Shown here in pieces: positions 1 to 9,971 of a DNA stretch of 64,000 nucleotides. Made by a program: the position numbers and the translations under genes. Position 1 is the stretch's first letter. The number at the start of each line of letters is the position of its first letter. This DNA comes from Actinomycetes bacterium (GTDB lineage: Bacteria > Actinomycetota > Acidimicrobiia > Acidimicrobiales > JABEUL01), in contig JAJZNL010000020.1 in assembly GCA_021852345.1 (NCBI GenBank), positions 3,144-67,143 of the forward strand, read 5' to 3'. The notes beneath the pieces were generated by a model. The model was given only the letters and a program-made list of their open reading frames with translations, did no database searches and was not told the DNA's origin.

Positions 1-2
1 TT

Positions 3-1691
3 TTGATAGATAAAATCGATTATAAAATTTTGGATCGTATTGTAAGAGAATTCAGAGACGGTCTGAGAAGCAATCAGGAAATAATAAATAGATTGAATGT
101 GTATCCGGTACCAGACGGTGATACGGGAACTAATATGGCTTTGACGTTGGAGTCGGTAATTGCCGAAGTCGATTCTATAACCGATGAACCAACCATGACT
201 ACGCTCACCAAGGCAATAAGTCACGGTTCATTAATGGGGGCCAGAGGAAATTCGGGAATCATAATTTCGCAAATTTTAAGGGGGATGTCGTCGGTATTTT
301 CTACATTGGAAGAAGCTGACTTTAAAGATGTGGCTTCTGCGGTCGAACAAGCTGCCCTGATGGCTCGAAAAGCAGTGTTAAGACCAGTAGAAGGTACCAT
401 TCTAACCGTAGCCACTGCAGCCGCAGAAGCAGGCTTGTCCGCATGTAAATCTGAACAAGCGGATATGTCATCGGTCGTTAGTGCAATAATGTCCGGCGCG
501 GTTTCCGCATTAAAAATGACACCTGAGCTTTTGCCTGTTTTAGCCGAGTCGGGTGTGGTTGATGCAGGCGGTACGGGTTTAATTGAGCTGTTTAGAGCAT
601 TTATAAAGTGTTGTTTGAATATAGAGCCTGACGATATTCAGCAGATTTTGCCTGAAAATGTTTTAAAGGTGGTCTCTAAAGCCTCCGCAAATCCGGGTAG
701 GTCAATTGTAAATCACGGAGTCGACTCCGTAGGCGATCTGAGGTATGAAGTAATGTTCATACTGGAGGCTAAAGACGAAGCAATTGATGCCTTTAAAGAC
801 GTCTGGGGTGGCATCGGTGATTCAATAGTCGTAGTAGGCGCCGAAGGACTATACAACTGTCATATACATACCGGAGATATCGGCGCTGCAATTGAAGCAG
901 GTATCGATACTGGAAGACCCAGTAACATAAGAGTGACCGATCTCGCTGAGCAGGTGGAGGAAGAGCACTGGGTTAGAAATGCCGAAAATGAGCAGGAAGA
1001 TACCGAAGTAAAACCCGCTCATGCTGGATCCTCTTCTGTAACTGCGGTAGTAGCTGTAGCTACGGGTAGCGGGGTGAAGAGAATTTTTCACTCGCTGGGC
1101 GTCCATTCGGTTGTCTCGGGAGGACAATCAATGAATCCATCAACGGCCGATTTACTAAAGGCAGTAGAAGAATTGGATTCCCCTGCGGTCATTATTCTTC
1201 CTAATAATAAAAATATAATTCCCGTTGCCAACGAAGTTGATGCACTAACCAAAAAGGCCGTTCGAGTTGTCCCCACAAAAGGTATTGTAGAAGGATTTGC
1301 CGCATTGTTGGCATACGATCCCGAGACTGGACCTGGCGAAAATTTGATTTCAATGTCAAAAAGCGCCGATGGTGTGGTGGCCGGAGAAGTTACCATGGCT
1401 GTTCGTGATGCGTCCTCGGCTGCCGGGCAGATTAAAGAAGGCGATTGGTTGGGCATTTCAAGGGAAGGAATTCAAGTCGTGGAACCAGATTTAGCAATTT
1501 GCTGCATTGAATTGCTTGATCGTCTGGTAACCGTAGATCACGAAATTGTAACTGTGATAGAGGGCGAAGGCTATTCGGTTAACGCTACTAGACAGCTTAC
1601 TCAGTGGTTGAATGAAAATCGACCCCAAGTGTCCGCAGAGGTTCATCAGGGGGGGCAGCCGCTGTACCCCTATCTGTTTTCCATCGAGTGA
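3..1691 (+). CDS. DAK2-domain fusion protein (YloV-like)
   Basis: N-terminal LNVYPVPDGDTGTNM motif typical of DAK2/YloV proteins. TTG start at the window edge. 4-nt overlap with recG, as in the conserved yloV-recG pair. Confidence 0.85.
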   Translation: MIDKIDYKILDRIVREFRDGLRSNQEIINRLNVYPVPDGDTGTNMALTLESVIAEVDSITDEPTMTTLTKAISHGSLMGARGNSGIIISQILRGMSSVFSTLEEADFKDVASAVEQAALMARKAVLRPVEGTILTVATAAAEAGLSACKSEQADMSSVVSAIMSGAVSALKMTPELLPVLAESGVVDAGGTGLIELFRAFIKCCLNIEPDDIQQILPENVLKVVSKASANPGRSIVNHGVDSVGDLRYEVMFILEAKDEAIDAFKDVWGGIGDSIVVVGAEGLYNCHIHTGDIGAAIEAGIDTGRPSNIRVTDLAEQVEEEHWVRNAENEQEDTEVKPAHAGSSSVTAVVAVATGSGVKRIFHSLGVHSVVSGGQSMNPSTADLLKAVEELDSPAVIILPNNKNIIPVANEVDALTKKAVRVVPTKGIVEGFAALLAYDPETGPGENLISMSKSADGVVAGEVTMAVRDASSAAGQIKEGDWLGISREGIQVVEPDLAICCIELLDRLVTVDHEIVTVIEGEGYSVNATRQLTQWLNENRPQVSAEVHQGGQPLYPYLFSIE

Positions 1692-3871
1692 GCCGAACTC
1701 TCAGTCAGCTGGCAAGTATTAAAGTTGACGCACTATCGGGGTTGACGCCCTCTAAGGCAAAGTCTTTAAATGAATTGGGGATTGAGTCGGTTCTAGACCT
1801 TTTAACATTTTATCCCAGAAGATATGTCGACAGATCTCGCCAAATATTACTGCGGGACGCGAAACTTGGCCAAGATATTCTGGTTGTCGGTGATATCGTT
1901 AAAATTTCTGACCCTAGGCGAACAAACTCAAAAAAGGCAGTGGTGGACGTATTGATTTCTGACGGGAGTTCAAGACTTTTTTGCACTTTTTTTAATCAGC
2001 CCTGGAGAAAAAAGCAGTTAGAAAACGAATCTCAAGTGGCCGTCTTCGGTAAGCTTACCAGCTTCGGCGGCAAACTCAACATGGTCAATCCCGTCGTAGA
2101 CCTTATTGGCAATCAAACCGGTAAAATTATCGCACTGTATCCGTCGTCAGAAAAATCAAATCTTACAAACTTGATGGTTTCCAATCTTATTGCCGAAGCT
2201 CTGGACAGATCCAAGGAGTTTCTGGACCCATTAAATGCAAAATACCTTTTAAAGAATAATTTGTTGACAAGAACCGATGCATTAAGGAATATACATTTTC
2301 CTGAAACTATTGATATGGTGAAAAAAGCCAGAGAGCGACTTGCCTTTGACGAACTTATGAGAATGCAGCTTCCTCTACTGCTAAAGAAAAGACGAATTCA
2401 AAATTCAAACCGAGGCTATAGATGTGAGTTCGAAAGTTCGGATAATATTTTAAAGTCAAAAGGCAGCTTAAAAGATCTTAAGGGAACTGTCGGTAATTTC
2501 ATAAGATCACTGCCATTTGATCTGACGGAATCTCAAATAAGGGTAATTAAAGAAATTTTGGTGGATATGTCAAAACCGTATCCTATGCACCGATTAGTAC
2601 AGGGGGATGTCGGTTCCGGCAAAACAGTAGTAGCAGTGTGTTGTTTGATTGCAGCGACACAGAACGGATATCAGTCTGCTTTGATGGCACCAACTGAAGT
2701 TTTGGCAGAGCAGCATTATTTGAATTTGCTGAATATGGCAAATAATTTGAGCACAAAGAGTTTGAAGACAACGGAATCTGAAATGTTTTTTGCCGATTCT
2801 GATCTAAAGATAGCACTGCTAACGGGTAAGTTGACCAAAAAACATAGAGACTTGGTATTGGAAAAGATAAAATCCGGTGATATTGATTTGGTCATAGGTA
2901 CACATTCGCTGATCTTTGAAGGAGTAATCTTTAAAAATTTAGCGGCGATAGTGATAGACGAGCAGCATAGATTCGGAGTTGAGCAACGTTCTTTGCTCTT
3001 GTCAAAAAGTAATCATCCTCATACCCTAACCATGACGGCAACTCCAATTCCACGCAGTGCTGCAATGACGGTGTTCGGTGATTTGGATCAGAGCATACTG
3101 TCGGAGTTGCCTAAAGGCCGCACGGATGTTAAGACTTTTTGGGTAACTGATTCGGACCAGGCTCAAGTTTGGAAGAAAGTTATAGATGAAACAGAAAAGG
3201 GGAACAGAGCCTATGTAGTGTGTCCTCTAATCGAAGAATCGGAAAAAATTTCGGTGGCTTCCGTAAATCAGGCGGTTGAAGAACTTTTAGATGGACCGTT
3301 AAAGGGTATTAAGGTTGGGGTTCTTCACGGACAACTTCCAGCTTCAGAAAAGCTGCAAATTTTCGATGATTTTTTGAAGGGTGTTTTTAAAGTACTTATA
3401 AGTACAACTGTTATTGAGGTTGGAGTAGACGTCAAAGATGCAACGGTGATGGTCATAATGGATGCTGACAGATTTGGAATTGCGCAGTTGCATCAGTTGA
3501 GAGGGCGTGTAGGACGATCCGATAAGGAATCTTATTGTTATCTGCTTACCAAAGATAGATTGTTGAATGATACAGCGGTAAGTAGGTTAAAGGCATTGGT
3601 TGATTCAAACGACGGATTCAAATTGTCTGAAATTGACTTTGCATTGAGGGGATTCGGAACTTTGATGGGAACTAAGCAGAAAGGGAGGAGCGATTTGAAA
3701 TTAGCTAAATTGCCCCAAGATGAAAAACTTTTGATCCGTGTTAAGGCATTTCTTGAAGATATACTTTTAAATGACCCCGAATTAAAGGATTCTGATTTTG
3801 GGGTTTTCCTCAAAAACGAAGTAGCGGTCTTCTATACCGACGAAGATACTGATTTTCTTTTCAAAAGTTAA
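1688..3871 (+). CDS. recG: ATP-dependent DNA helicase RecG
   Basis: 727 aa. Walker A GDVGSGKT, DEQH box (VIDEQHRFGV) and motif VI QLRGRVGRS. GTG start overlaps the upstream stop. Confidence 0.9.
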   Translation: MSRTLSQLASIKVDALSGLTPSKAKSLNELGIESVLDLLTFYPRRYVDRSRQILLRDAKLGQDILVVGDIVKISDPRRTNSKKAVVDVLISDGSSRLFCTFFNQPWRKKQLENESQVAVFGKLTSFGGKLNMVNPVVDLIGNQTGKIIALYPSSEKSNLTNLMVSNLIAEALDRSKEFLDPLNAKYLLKNNLLTRTDALRNIHFPETIDMVKKARERLAFDELMRMQLPLLLKKRRIQNSNRGYRCEFESSDNILKSKGSLKDLKGTVGNFIRSLPFDLTESQIRVIKEILVDMSKPYPMHRLVQGDVGSGKTVVAVCCLIAATQNGYQSALMAPTEVLAEQHYLNLLNMANNLSTKSLKTTESEMFFADSDLKIALLTGKLTKKHRDLVLEKIKSGDIDLVIGTHSLIFEGVIFKNLAAIVIDEQHRFGVEQRSLLLSKSNHPHTLTMTATPIPRSAAMTVFGDLDQSILSELPKGRTDVKTFWVTDSDQAQVWKKVIDETEKGNRAYVVCPLIEESEKISVASVNQAVEELLDGPLKGIKVGVLHGQLPASEKLQIFDDFLKGVFKVLISTTVIEVGVDVKDATVMVIMDADRFGIAQLHQLRGRVGRSDKESYCYLLTKDRLLNDTAVSRLKALVDSNDGFKLSEIDFALRGFGTLMGTKQKGRSDLKLAKLPQDEKLLIRVKAFLEDILLNDPELKDSDFGVFLKNEVAVFYTDEDTDFLFKS

Positions 3872-4113
3872 CAGAAATCTGTTTTATTTTCATAATCTTA
3901 ATTAACGGGAATTGACTATTTAGATCAAATTATTGACGATCTAGCTCGTTACGGCGGTCACTTATGCAAGACGAATTAAAATATTTTGATATTTAATAGC
4001 TTAAAGGGTAGTTTTTCAAAATTTGATACGTCCCCAAAATGTTAGTTTCTTAATTGAAACTTAGAAGAAATCTATATCTATTCGGAAAAAGAAAGTATGG
4101 TTGAAGATAATTT

Positions 4114-4659
4114 ATGAGAATTACGGGAGGCGAATTCAAAGGTAGGCAGATAATCGTTCCTCAAAAAAATGTAAGACCCACGTCTTCACTTGTAAAAGAA
4201 GCAATGTTTTCAATGCTGAATTCGTTGTTTTTGAATTATACAGTTTCTATTGAAGAATTTAACTGTTTGGATCTGTTTTCAGGAAGCGGAGCACTCGGAT
4301 TTGAGGCTTTATCCAGAGGAGCCAAGTCGGTTACATTTGTGGATAATTCACCGGAAAGCATTTCGACGATTAAACAAAATATAAAAATACTCCATTTAGA
4401 TGACCAATCAAAGGTAATAAGAAGTGATGTGATAAATTTTTTAAATCAAAACGAAGTCGTATTTGATTTGGTCTTTTGCGACCCTCCCTACGGGTACAGT
4501 GAATTCAGCGAGCTTTTATTGGCTAAATATTTTCGATTCGGTGTTTTTGAATCCAACATTGATAACGGCAATTTATTTGAAAGCTCAGATCTTGCTATTT
4601 TAAAATCAAAAAGATATGGGTCTACTCATATAGTCATAGCAGAAAATACTCGATTCTAA
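4114..4659 (+). CDS. rsmD: 16S rRNA (guanine966-N2)-methyltransferase RsmD
   Basis: Starts MRITGGEFKGR. SAM motif DLFSGSGALG and DPPY motif (CDPPYGY). Lies upstream of coaD, as is widely conserved. Confidence 0.8.
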   Translation: MRITGGEFKGRQIIVPQKNVRPTSSLVKEAMFSMLNSLFLNYTVSIEEFNCLDLFSGSGALGFEALSRGAKSVTFVDNSPESISTIKQNIKILHLDDQSKVIRSDVINFLNQNEVVFDLVFCDPPYGYSEFSELLLAKYFRFGVFESNIDNGNLFESSDLAILKSKRYGSTHIVIAENTRF

Positions 4660-4890
4660 AAAGCAATAGAATAAGATACGATAGTTGCAGTTGTTTGATC
4701 TAATTTAAATCCATTTATTAAACTGCGAGTAATCTCTTTGATTTTGAATTTTGTGATTGAGCTATCCGCTTTAGTGAGTAATTTTGCGTTTTGCAGCTGG
4801 AGTTAAACAACGGTTACGGACACAAAAGATATTGACACAAACAAAAATGCAAACTTTTAGCAACTACTATATATAAATAAAGGAAGTTAT

Positions 4891-5385
4891 ATGTCACAAA
4901 CCATCGCGCTATACCCAGGATCGTTTGACCCATTTCATAATGGTCATTTGGAGATTGTCGAGCGAGCCGCAGCCTTGTTTGACACTGTAGTGGTTGCCGC
5001 GGTAAGGAATCCACAAAAATCTAATCCATTGTTTACCATGGAAGAACGACAAAGCATGATCGCAGAGTCGGTAGCTCATTTGAGCAACGTATCAATAGTC
5101 TCAATATCTACTCTGGTGGTCGTTGTGGCCCAGCAGGTTGGAGCCCAGGTAATTATTAGGGGTTTGAGGGCGGTATCGGATTTCGAAAATGAATTACAGA
5201 TGGCGCAGATGAATAATAAGTTATCGGGTATTGAGACGTTGTTTATTCCTACCAGTTCAAAGTATTCATTTCTGGCTTCGAAGCTGTTGCGGGAAGTTTC
5301 AGCATACGGGGGTTCGGTTACAGATTTGGTTCCGCCTCCAGTTTCAAAAAAACTGGATGAAAAATTTCCAAGACCCAATGAATGA
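4891..5385 (+). CDS. coaD: phosphopantetheine adenylyltransferase
   Basis: YPGSFDPFHNGH nucleotidyltransferase motif. 164 aa. SD aaggaag upstream of the start. Confidence 0.9.
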   Translation: MSQTIALYPGSFDPFHNGHLEIVERAAALFDTVVVAAVRNPQKSNPLFTMEERQSMIAESVAHLSNVSIVSISTLVVVVAQQVGAQVIIRGLRAVSDFENELQMAQMNNKLSGIETLFIPTSSKYSFLASKLLREVSAYGGSVTDLVPPPVSKKLDEKFPRPNE

Positions 5386-5415
5386 TTTAAACTTTTAAAT
5401 TAGGAGTGTAGCTTA

Positions 5416-6045
5416 ATGAGCCCAATAGATGATGATGAATTTATGGATCCTTTCGGTGATGATGGTATTGACGATGATTTAGACAGAGATCCCGAAGGTG
5501 TCCCAGCTGACATTTTTGAATTAATTGACGAATCGCTTCGCATAGTAGATTCAGCTAAATCTATGCCTTTGTCTTCTTCGATTTTAATCTCTAGGGATGA
5601 GATTAGAGAGATATTAGAAGACATAAGAGTGCAGCTGCCCGAAGAGATACGGTCGGCACGCTGGCTCCTTAAAGAAGGCCAGGAGTATATCGAAAAAGCT
5701 AAAAGGGATGCAGATTCCATACTGGAAGAAGCTAGGGTACAGGCGGAGAGAATGGCTCAAAGAACCGAAATCGTTCGTCAGGCAAAAAAAATAGCTACTA
5801 AAACGGTTGATGATGCCGACGCGGCGGCTCGAAAACTGAAAAGAGAGGCGGAAGACTATTGCGATCGTAAATTAGCCGCTTTCGAAATTGCGCTGGAGGA
5901 TATTGGTAAAACGGTTAAGGCCGGTAGAGATAGGTTACAACTTAGTCCAAGAGAAATTCTGGACAGCGCTCAAATTGCTGGAGGACAGAACAAGCAAAGC
6001 ACCGAAGCCGAGGAAAAGTTTTTTGATCAGGATCTTACCGAATAA
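5416..6045 (+). CDS. coiled-coil protein, SepIVA/DivIVA-like (positional equivalent of mycobacterial Rv2927c), with acidic N-terminal extension
   Basis: Lies immediately upstream of the DUF177 gene, as in Actinomycetota. Long charged helical region (EEARVQAERMAQR..., ...DYCDRKLAAFE...). AGGAG SD. The assignment comes from remembered family features, not a search. Confidence 0.4.
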   Translation: MSPIDDDEFMDPFGDDGIDDDLDRDPEGVPADIFELIDESLRIVDSAKSMPLSSSILISRDEIREILEDIRVQLPEEIRSARWLLKEGQEYIEKAKRDADSILEEARVQAERMAQRTEIVRQAKKIATKTVDDADAAARKLKREAEDYCDRKLAAFEIALEDIGKTVKAGRDRLQLSPREILDSAQIAGGQNKQSTEAEEKFFDQDLTE

Positions 6046-6375
6046 TCAAGTGAAACCTTGAATTTGTATTCGTTCACCGGGGAATTGTTTTGGTTGTAAT
6101 GTGACGGATTAAACAGATAAGTCGGTTTCTGGATCAATACAACCTTAAGTTTCTTGGATTATCTCATTGCTAGTTGGTTTGTGGATTTTTGAGCTGCTTC
6201 TGTCCGTTAAGACTTCGAATGTCATCAAAAATTAAATTTATTTCTTAAATCCTGGAATGTCTAAAACTTTTTTAAATGTTTTCGCCGATTTTAATAATTT
6301 TGCCAAGATAACTTAAGTAAATGTATCCAATTAATTGTAAAAGCAATTAATATAGTTTTTGGACGGTTATTCTAT

Positions 6376-6894
6376 ATGGTCACGGTAAAGAAAGATCAAT
6401 TTAAGGTAAAAGTTGGAAATATACTGAACGGCACGTCGGATTACGAAGATATCGAATTAATTGGATATCTAAACGACGTGAAGGTAAGTACTTCCGGCGT
6501 AGAGCCCCAAACCGAGATTAAGGTACTATGTAGAATTGAGCGGGCGAATCACGGGGTAATTGTGCATGGGCTTTTGAGGTCCATGTGGGCCGGCGAATGT
6601 TCGCGCTGTTTGGAACCCGCTAAAGGAAATATTAACGTTGAATTTCGCGAAATCTTTGTAACCGAACCGGATTTGGAAATAGAATATCAATTAAACGGAG
6701 ATCATATTGATTTGACGGATCTCATTAAGGATCAGTTGATTTTGGAACTTCCGGCGGTACCCGTGTGTAATTTTGGCTGCAGAGGACTTTGTCCCATATG
6801 CGGAGTCAATAGAAACGAAACTAAATGTAGCTGTAAGAGAATCAATAATTCTCCATTTTCGAAGCTTAATGAATTATCGGATCCGACAAGGTAG
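6376..6894 (+). CDS. DUF177 / YceD-family protein
   Basis: 172 aa. Cys clusters CSRC ... CRGLCPICG...CSC typical of YceD. Directly upstream of rpmF, which is universal synteny. Confidence 0.8.
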   Translation: MVTVKKDQFKVKVGNILNGTSDYEDIELIGYLNDVKVSTSGVEPQTEIKVLCRIERANHGVIVHGLLRSMWAGECSRCLEPAKGNINVEFREIFVTEPDLEIEYQLNGDHIDLTDLIKDQLILELPAVPVCNFGCRGLCPICGVNRNETKCSCKRINNSPFSKLNELSDPTR

Positions 6895-6949
6895 TCATTG
6901 GCTGTATAATTGAATATTATATATTTTGATTTAAAGGCAATTAAGAAAG

Positions 6950-7129
6950 ATGGCTGTACCAAAAAGAAAAACGTCCAAAGCTAAATCTAGAAGCAGGAGA
7001 GCATCCAATTGGAAATTAGATTCCCCTTCGAAAAGCACCTGCCCTAATTGTGGCACGATTAAAACACCGCACGTCGTTTGTTCTAAATGCGGCTGGTATA
7101 AAGGCAGAGTAGCGGTAGAGATCGATTAA
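6950..7129 (+). CDS. rpmF: 50S ribosomal protein L32 (zinc-ribbon C+ form)
   Basis: Not in the ORF track because it is under 60 aa. My translation is MAVPKRKTSKAKSRSRRASNWKLDSPSKSTCPNCGTIKTPHVVCSKCGWYKGRVAVEID. The stop overlaps the plsX ATG (TAATG). Confidence 0.9.
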   Translation: MAVPKRKTSKAKSRSRRASNWKLDSPSKSTCPNCGTIKTPHVVCSKCGWYKGRVAVEID

Positions 7130-8118
7130 TGGCGGCTGTTATGCCCGTTGCACTTGATGCCATGGGAGGAGATTTTGCTCCCAAAGAAGTTGTTGCCGGT
7201 GCCAAAAAAGCTTTTGAGGAGTACTCAATAGAAAGTTTGCTAGTTGGCGACGAAGCCATACTGGCCGAATTCGAAAAAGGTTTATTGGGGACTTTTCACG
7301 CTAGTGAATCCATTGCCATGGACGAAGATCCCGCAAAGTCTGTTAGAAACAAAAAAGATTCGTCGCTTGTTCGATGTGCTGAATTAGTTAAAAATGGTAC
7401 CTGTTCTGCGACAATTTCGGCTGGTAATACTGGTGCTGCAATGGCGGCGGCGCTTTTTAAGATTGGAAGAATTAAAGGAGTTTCTCGCCCCGCAATCGCA
7501 ACTACAATTCCAATAGTCGGCAATCACCCGTTGGTTATGCTTGATTCGGGCGCAAACGCGGAATGTCAAAGTGATTGGTTAGTCCAGTTTGCACAAATGG
7601 GATCCGTATATTCGTCTGTACGATACGGTATCTCCAAACCCAAAGTAGCTCTGTTGTCAATTGGTGAAGAGCCCACCAAAGGCAATCCACTAATTAAAGA
7701 GACTCATAAAAAGCTTGCCGAAATGGAAAATAAGCCATTTGAATTTATTGGAAATGTGGAAGGTCGCGATCTTTTAAATGCCGTAGCTGACGTAGTTGTA
7801 ACAGATGGTTTTACGGGAAATGTTGCATTAAAAACCCTTGAGGGCTCTCTTAAGTTTTTCATGAAAATGTTATTAAATATCATGAACACGAACGATGAAA
7901 CCAAAAAGGCGCAGGACGTACTGTTAAACTATCTGTTGCCTGTGGCCAACGAGTTGGATCCTGAAGCAACTGGAGGTGCAATTCTGCTTGGAATTGATGG
8001 TATCTCCATTATCAGTCATGGTTCGTCGTCGGCCAGAGCGATTACGAGCGCTTTGAGGGTAGCCGATGAATTAAATAAAGCCGATATTATAGGTCGCTTA
8101 AAAGAAGCGGTCAATTAA
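7129..8118 (+). CDS. plsX: phosphate acyltransferase PlsX
   Basis: 329 aa. Starts ...VALDAMGGDFAP, with GNTGA motif and FTGNVALK motif. Conserved rpmF-plsX synteny. Confidence 0.9.
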   Translation: MAAVMPVALDAMGGDFAPKEVVAGAKKAFEEYSIESLLVGDEAILAEFEKGLLGTFHASESIAMDEDPAKSVRNKKDSSLVRCAELVKNGTCSATISAGNTGAAMAAALFKIGRIKGVSRPAIATTIPIVGNHPLVMLDSGANAECQSDWLVQFAQMGSVYSSVRYGISKPKVALLSIGEEPTKGNPLIKETHKKLAEMENKPFEFIGNVEGRDLLNAVADVVVTDGFTGNVALKTLEGSLKFFMKMLLNIMNTNDETKKAQDVLLNYLLPVANELDPEATGGAILLGIDGISIISHGSSSARAITSALRVADELNKADIIGRLKEAVN

Positions 8119-8125
8119 GTTTTGA

Positions 8126-9349
8126 ATGCGAGGATCGTTGTTTAGGTTTTTAACGGCGGGAGAATCTCACGGAAAAGCACTTGCGGTCATAGTAGAGGGT
8201 ATGCCAGCAGGAGTTGAACTTAATGAAGAAGACATCAACCAAGAGCTTGCCAGACGCAGATTAGGGTTCGGTCGCGGTCCCAGAATGAGGTTTGAAAAAG
8301 ACGAAATATCTATTTTGTCAGGAGTAAGATTTGGCAGAACTTTAGGATCACCCATCGCAGTTGAAATTGCCAATACCGAATGGCCAAAGTGGGAACAGGA
8401 AATGTCTGTAGCAAAGGGGATTAGTTCCAAGGAGCTCACACAGCCCAGACCCGGCCACGCAGATTTGGCAGGCATGCAGAAATATGGATTCTCAGATGCC
8501 AGGGACGTTTTAGAGCGTGCTTCGGCTAGAGAGACCGCCGCCAGAGTTGTTGCGGGTGCAATTGCGAAAAAGCTGATAAGCAATATTGGTATTCAAATCA
8601 TTTCTCACGTAATTAGTATTGGATCTGTTATGACTGCCAAAGATTTGGGTGAGCTTAAAGACAAACCGAAGTTTAAAGATCTTGAAAAGATAGATGCTTC
8701 TGAGGTAAGGTGTTTTGATCCGGAACTTGCCGAAGCGATGGTAGCTGAAATTAAGGCAGCCTCAAAGGCGGGGGATTCTTTGGGTGGTTCGGTTGAGGTG
8801 ATAGCATACGGTGTCCCAGTCGGACTCGGAAGCCATGTTCATTATGATCGAAAATTGGATGGTCTCTTGGCTCAGGCTTTTATGTCGATACAGGCGGTAA
8901 AGGCTGTGGAAATCGGAATGGGATCGACGTTGGGAAGTTTACGCGGTTCAGTAGCGCATGATGAAATTCATTGGGAATCGAGTACTAAAATATATGCACG
9001 ACCCACTGCGCGCGCAGGCGGGATTGAGGGAGGCATTTCTGCCGGAGGACCCATAACAGCCATAGTGACTATGAAGCCGTTGGCGACTCTGAACAGACCT
9101 TCAATTAAGACCGTGGACGTGATCACCAAAGAGTCTAAATATTCATTCAAAGAAAGGACTGACGTGGTTGCCGTGCCCGCTTTGGGCGTAGTTTCTGAAA
9201 CCATGATGGCAATTGTCTTGGCTGACGTGGCATTAGAAAAATTCGGTGGCGACTCTCTAAACGAGTTTACTGTAAATTTTAAGAATTATAAAAAACATTT
9301 AAACTCAACTCCGTCGTCAGTTGAAGCTATATTTGGCAAAAAACCGTAG
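8126..9349 (+). CDS. aroC: chorismate synthase
   Basis: Starts FRFLTAGESHG, then RPGHADL. 407 aa. First gene of an aroC-aroK-aroB-aroQ run. Confidence 0.9.
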   Translation: MRGSLFRFLTAGESHGKALAVIVEGMPAGVELNEEDINQELARRRLGFGRGPRMRFEKDEISILSGVRFGRTLGSPIAVEIANTEWPKWEQEMSVAKGISSKELTQPRPGHADLAGMQKYGFSDARDVLERASARETAARVVAGAIAKKLISNIGIQIISHVISIGSVMTAKDLGELKDKPKFKDLEKIDASEVRCFDPELAEAMVAEIKAASKAGDSLGGSVEVIAYGVPVGLGSHVHYDRKLDGLLAQAFMSIQAVKAVEIGMGSTLGSLRGSVAHDEIHWESSTKIYARPTARAGGIEGGISAGGPITAIVTMKPLATLNRPSIKTVDVITKESKYSFKERTDVVAVPALGVVSETMMAIVLADVALEKFGGDSLNEFTVNFKNYKKHLNSTPSSVEAIFGKKP

Positions 9350-9359
9350 TTTATATTTG

Positions 9360-9911
9360 GTGAATTTATTGTCGGGCAACAAGTTATTTATCATAGGAAT
9401 GCCCGGTGTCGGTAAAACAACTGTCGCCGAAAGACTTGCGGTGGAGTTAGGTTTTAAAAGTGTTGATGTCGACACTTTAATTCAAAGATCTGAGCACACA
9501 TCCGTTGCTCAGATCTTTGAAGGTTTCGGTGAAAACTACTTCAGAGAAATCGAAACCAAAATGATAGCCGTCGTGGCCTCCAGTTCGGATTCTGCTGTAA
9601 TTTCTCTCGGCGGAGGAGCAGTAATGAGAGACGAAAACATCCAAATTATAAAAAAGGCCGGTTTGGTTATTTGGCTCAATGCCACTTTGGATACCCTTCA
9701 AAGCAGACTTGACAATGACACAACTACTATCAGACCGTTGTTAGCTGGTGATGTCCGGGAAAAATTGATTGGATTACAATCGGAGCGCATTGAAATCTAC
9801 CGAATGATATCGGATTTTAGAGTTGATGTAGACGGGAAAACCGTTGATACTGTCGTTGATGAGATCGTGGCGTTTGCTAGCGAACCAAAATCGAGTCCTG
9901 ACAACACATGA
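9360..9911 (+). CDS. aroK: shikimate kinase
   Basis: Walker A GMPGVGKTT close to the N-terminus. The track ORF starts at TTG 9321, inside aroC. The in-frame GTG at 9360, just after the aroC stop, is the more plausible start. Confidence 0.85.
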   Translation: MNLLSGNKLFIIGMPGVGKTTVAERLAVELGFKSVDVDTLIQRSEHTSVAQIFEGFGENYFREIETKMIAVVASSSDSAVISLGGGAVMRDENIQIIKKAGLVIWLNATLDTLQSRLDNDTTTIRPLLAGDVREKLIGLQSERIEIYRMISDFRVDVDGKTVDTVVDEIVAFASEPKSSPDNT

Positions 9912-9971
9912 GCCGGAAATGATTCAAATTTAATTAACGGTTTGTATTCTTAAGGCTAATATTAATATCGC

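Noticed and set aside
221-1456. ORFs of 60-140 aa on the opposite strand or in other frames inside long conserved genes. Examples: 221-415, 849-1127, 1088-1456, 8167-8583, 16364-16741, 24539-25353, 43903-44352, 45253-45781, 59009-60140.
   Set aside because: They lie entirely within genes that have strong family motifs. They have odd Ser/Arg/Pro-rich compositions typical of shadow frames and no ribosome-binding sites.
3872-3895. Weak hairpin plus T-run after recG, with similar weak hairpins after the SepIVA-like gene (~6046-6065) and between the SGNH and GNAT genes (~41505-41527).
   Set aside because: The stems are only 4-6 bp and AU-rich. They are plausible terminators but too weak to assert from sequence alone.
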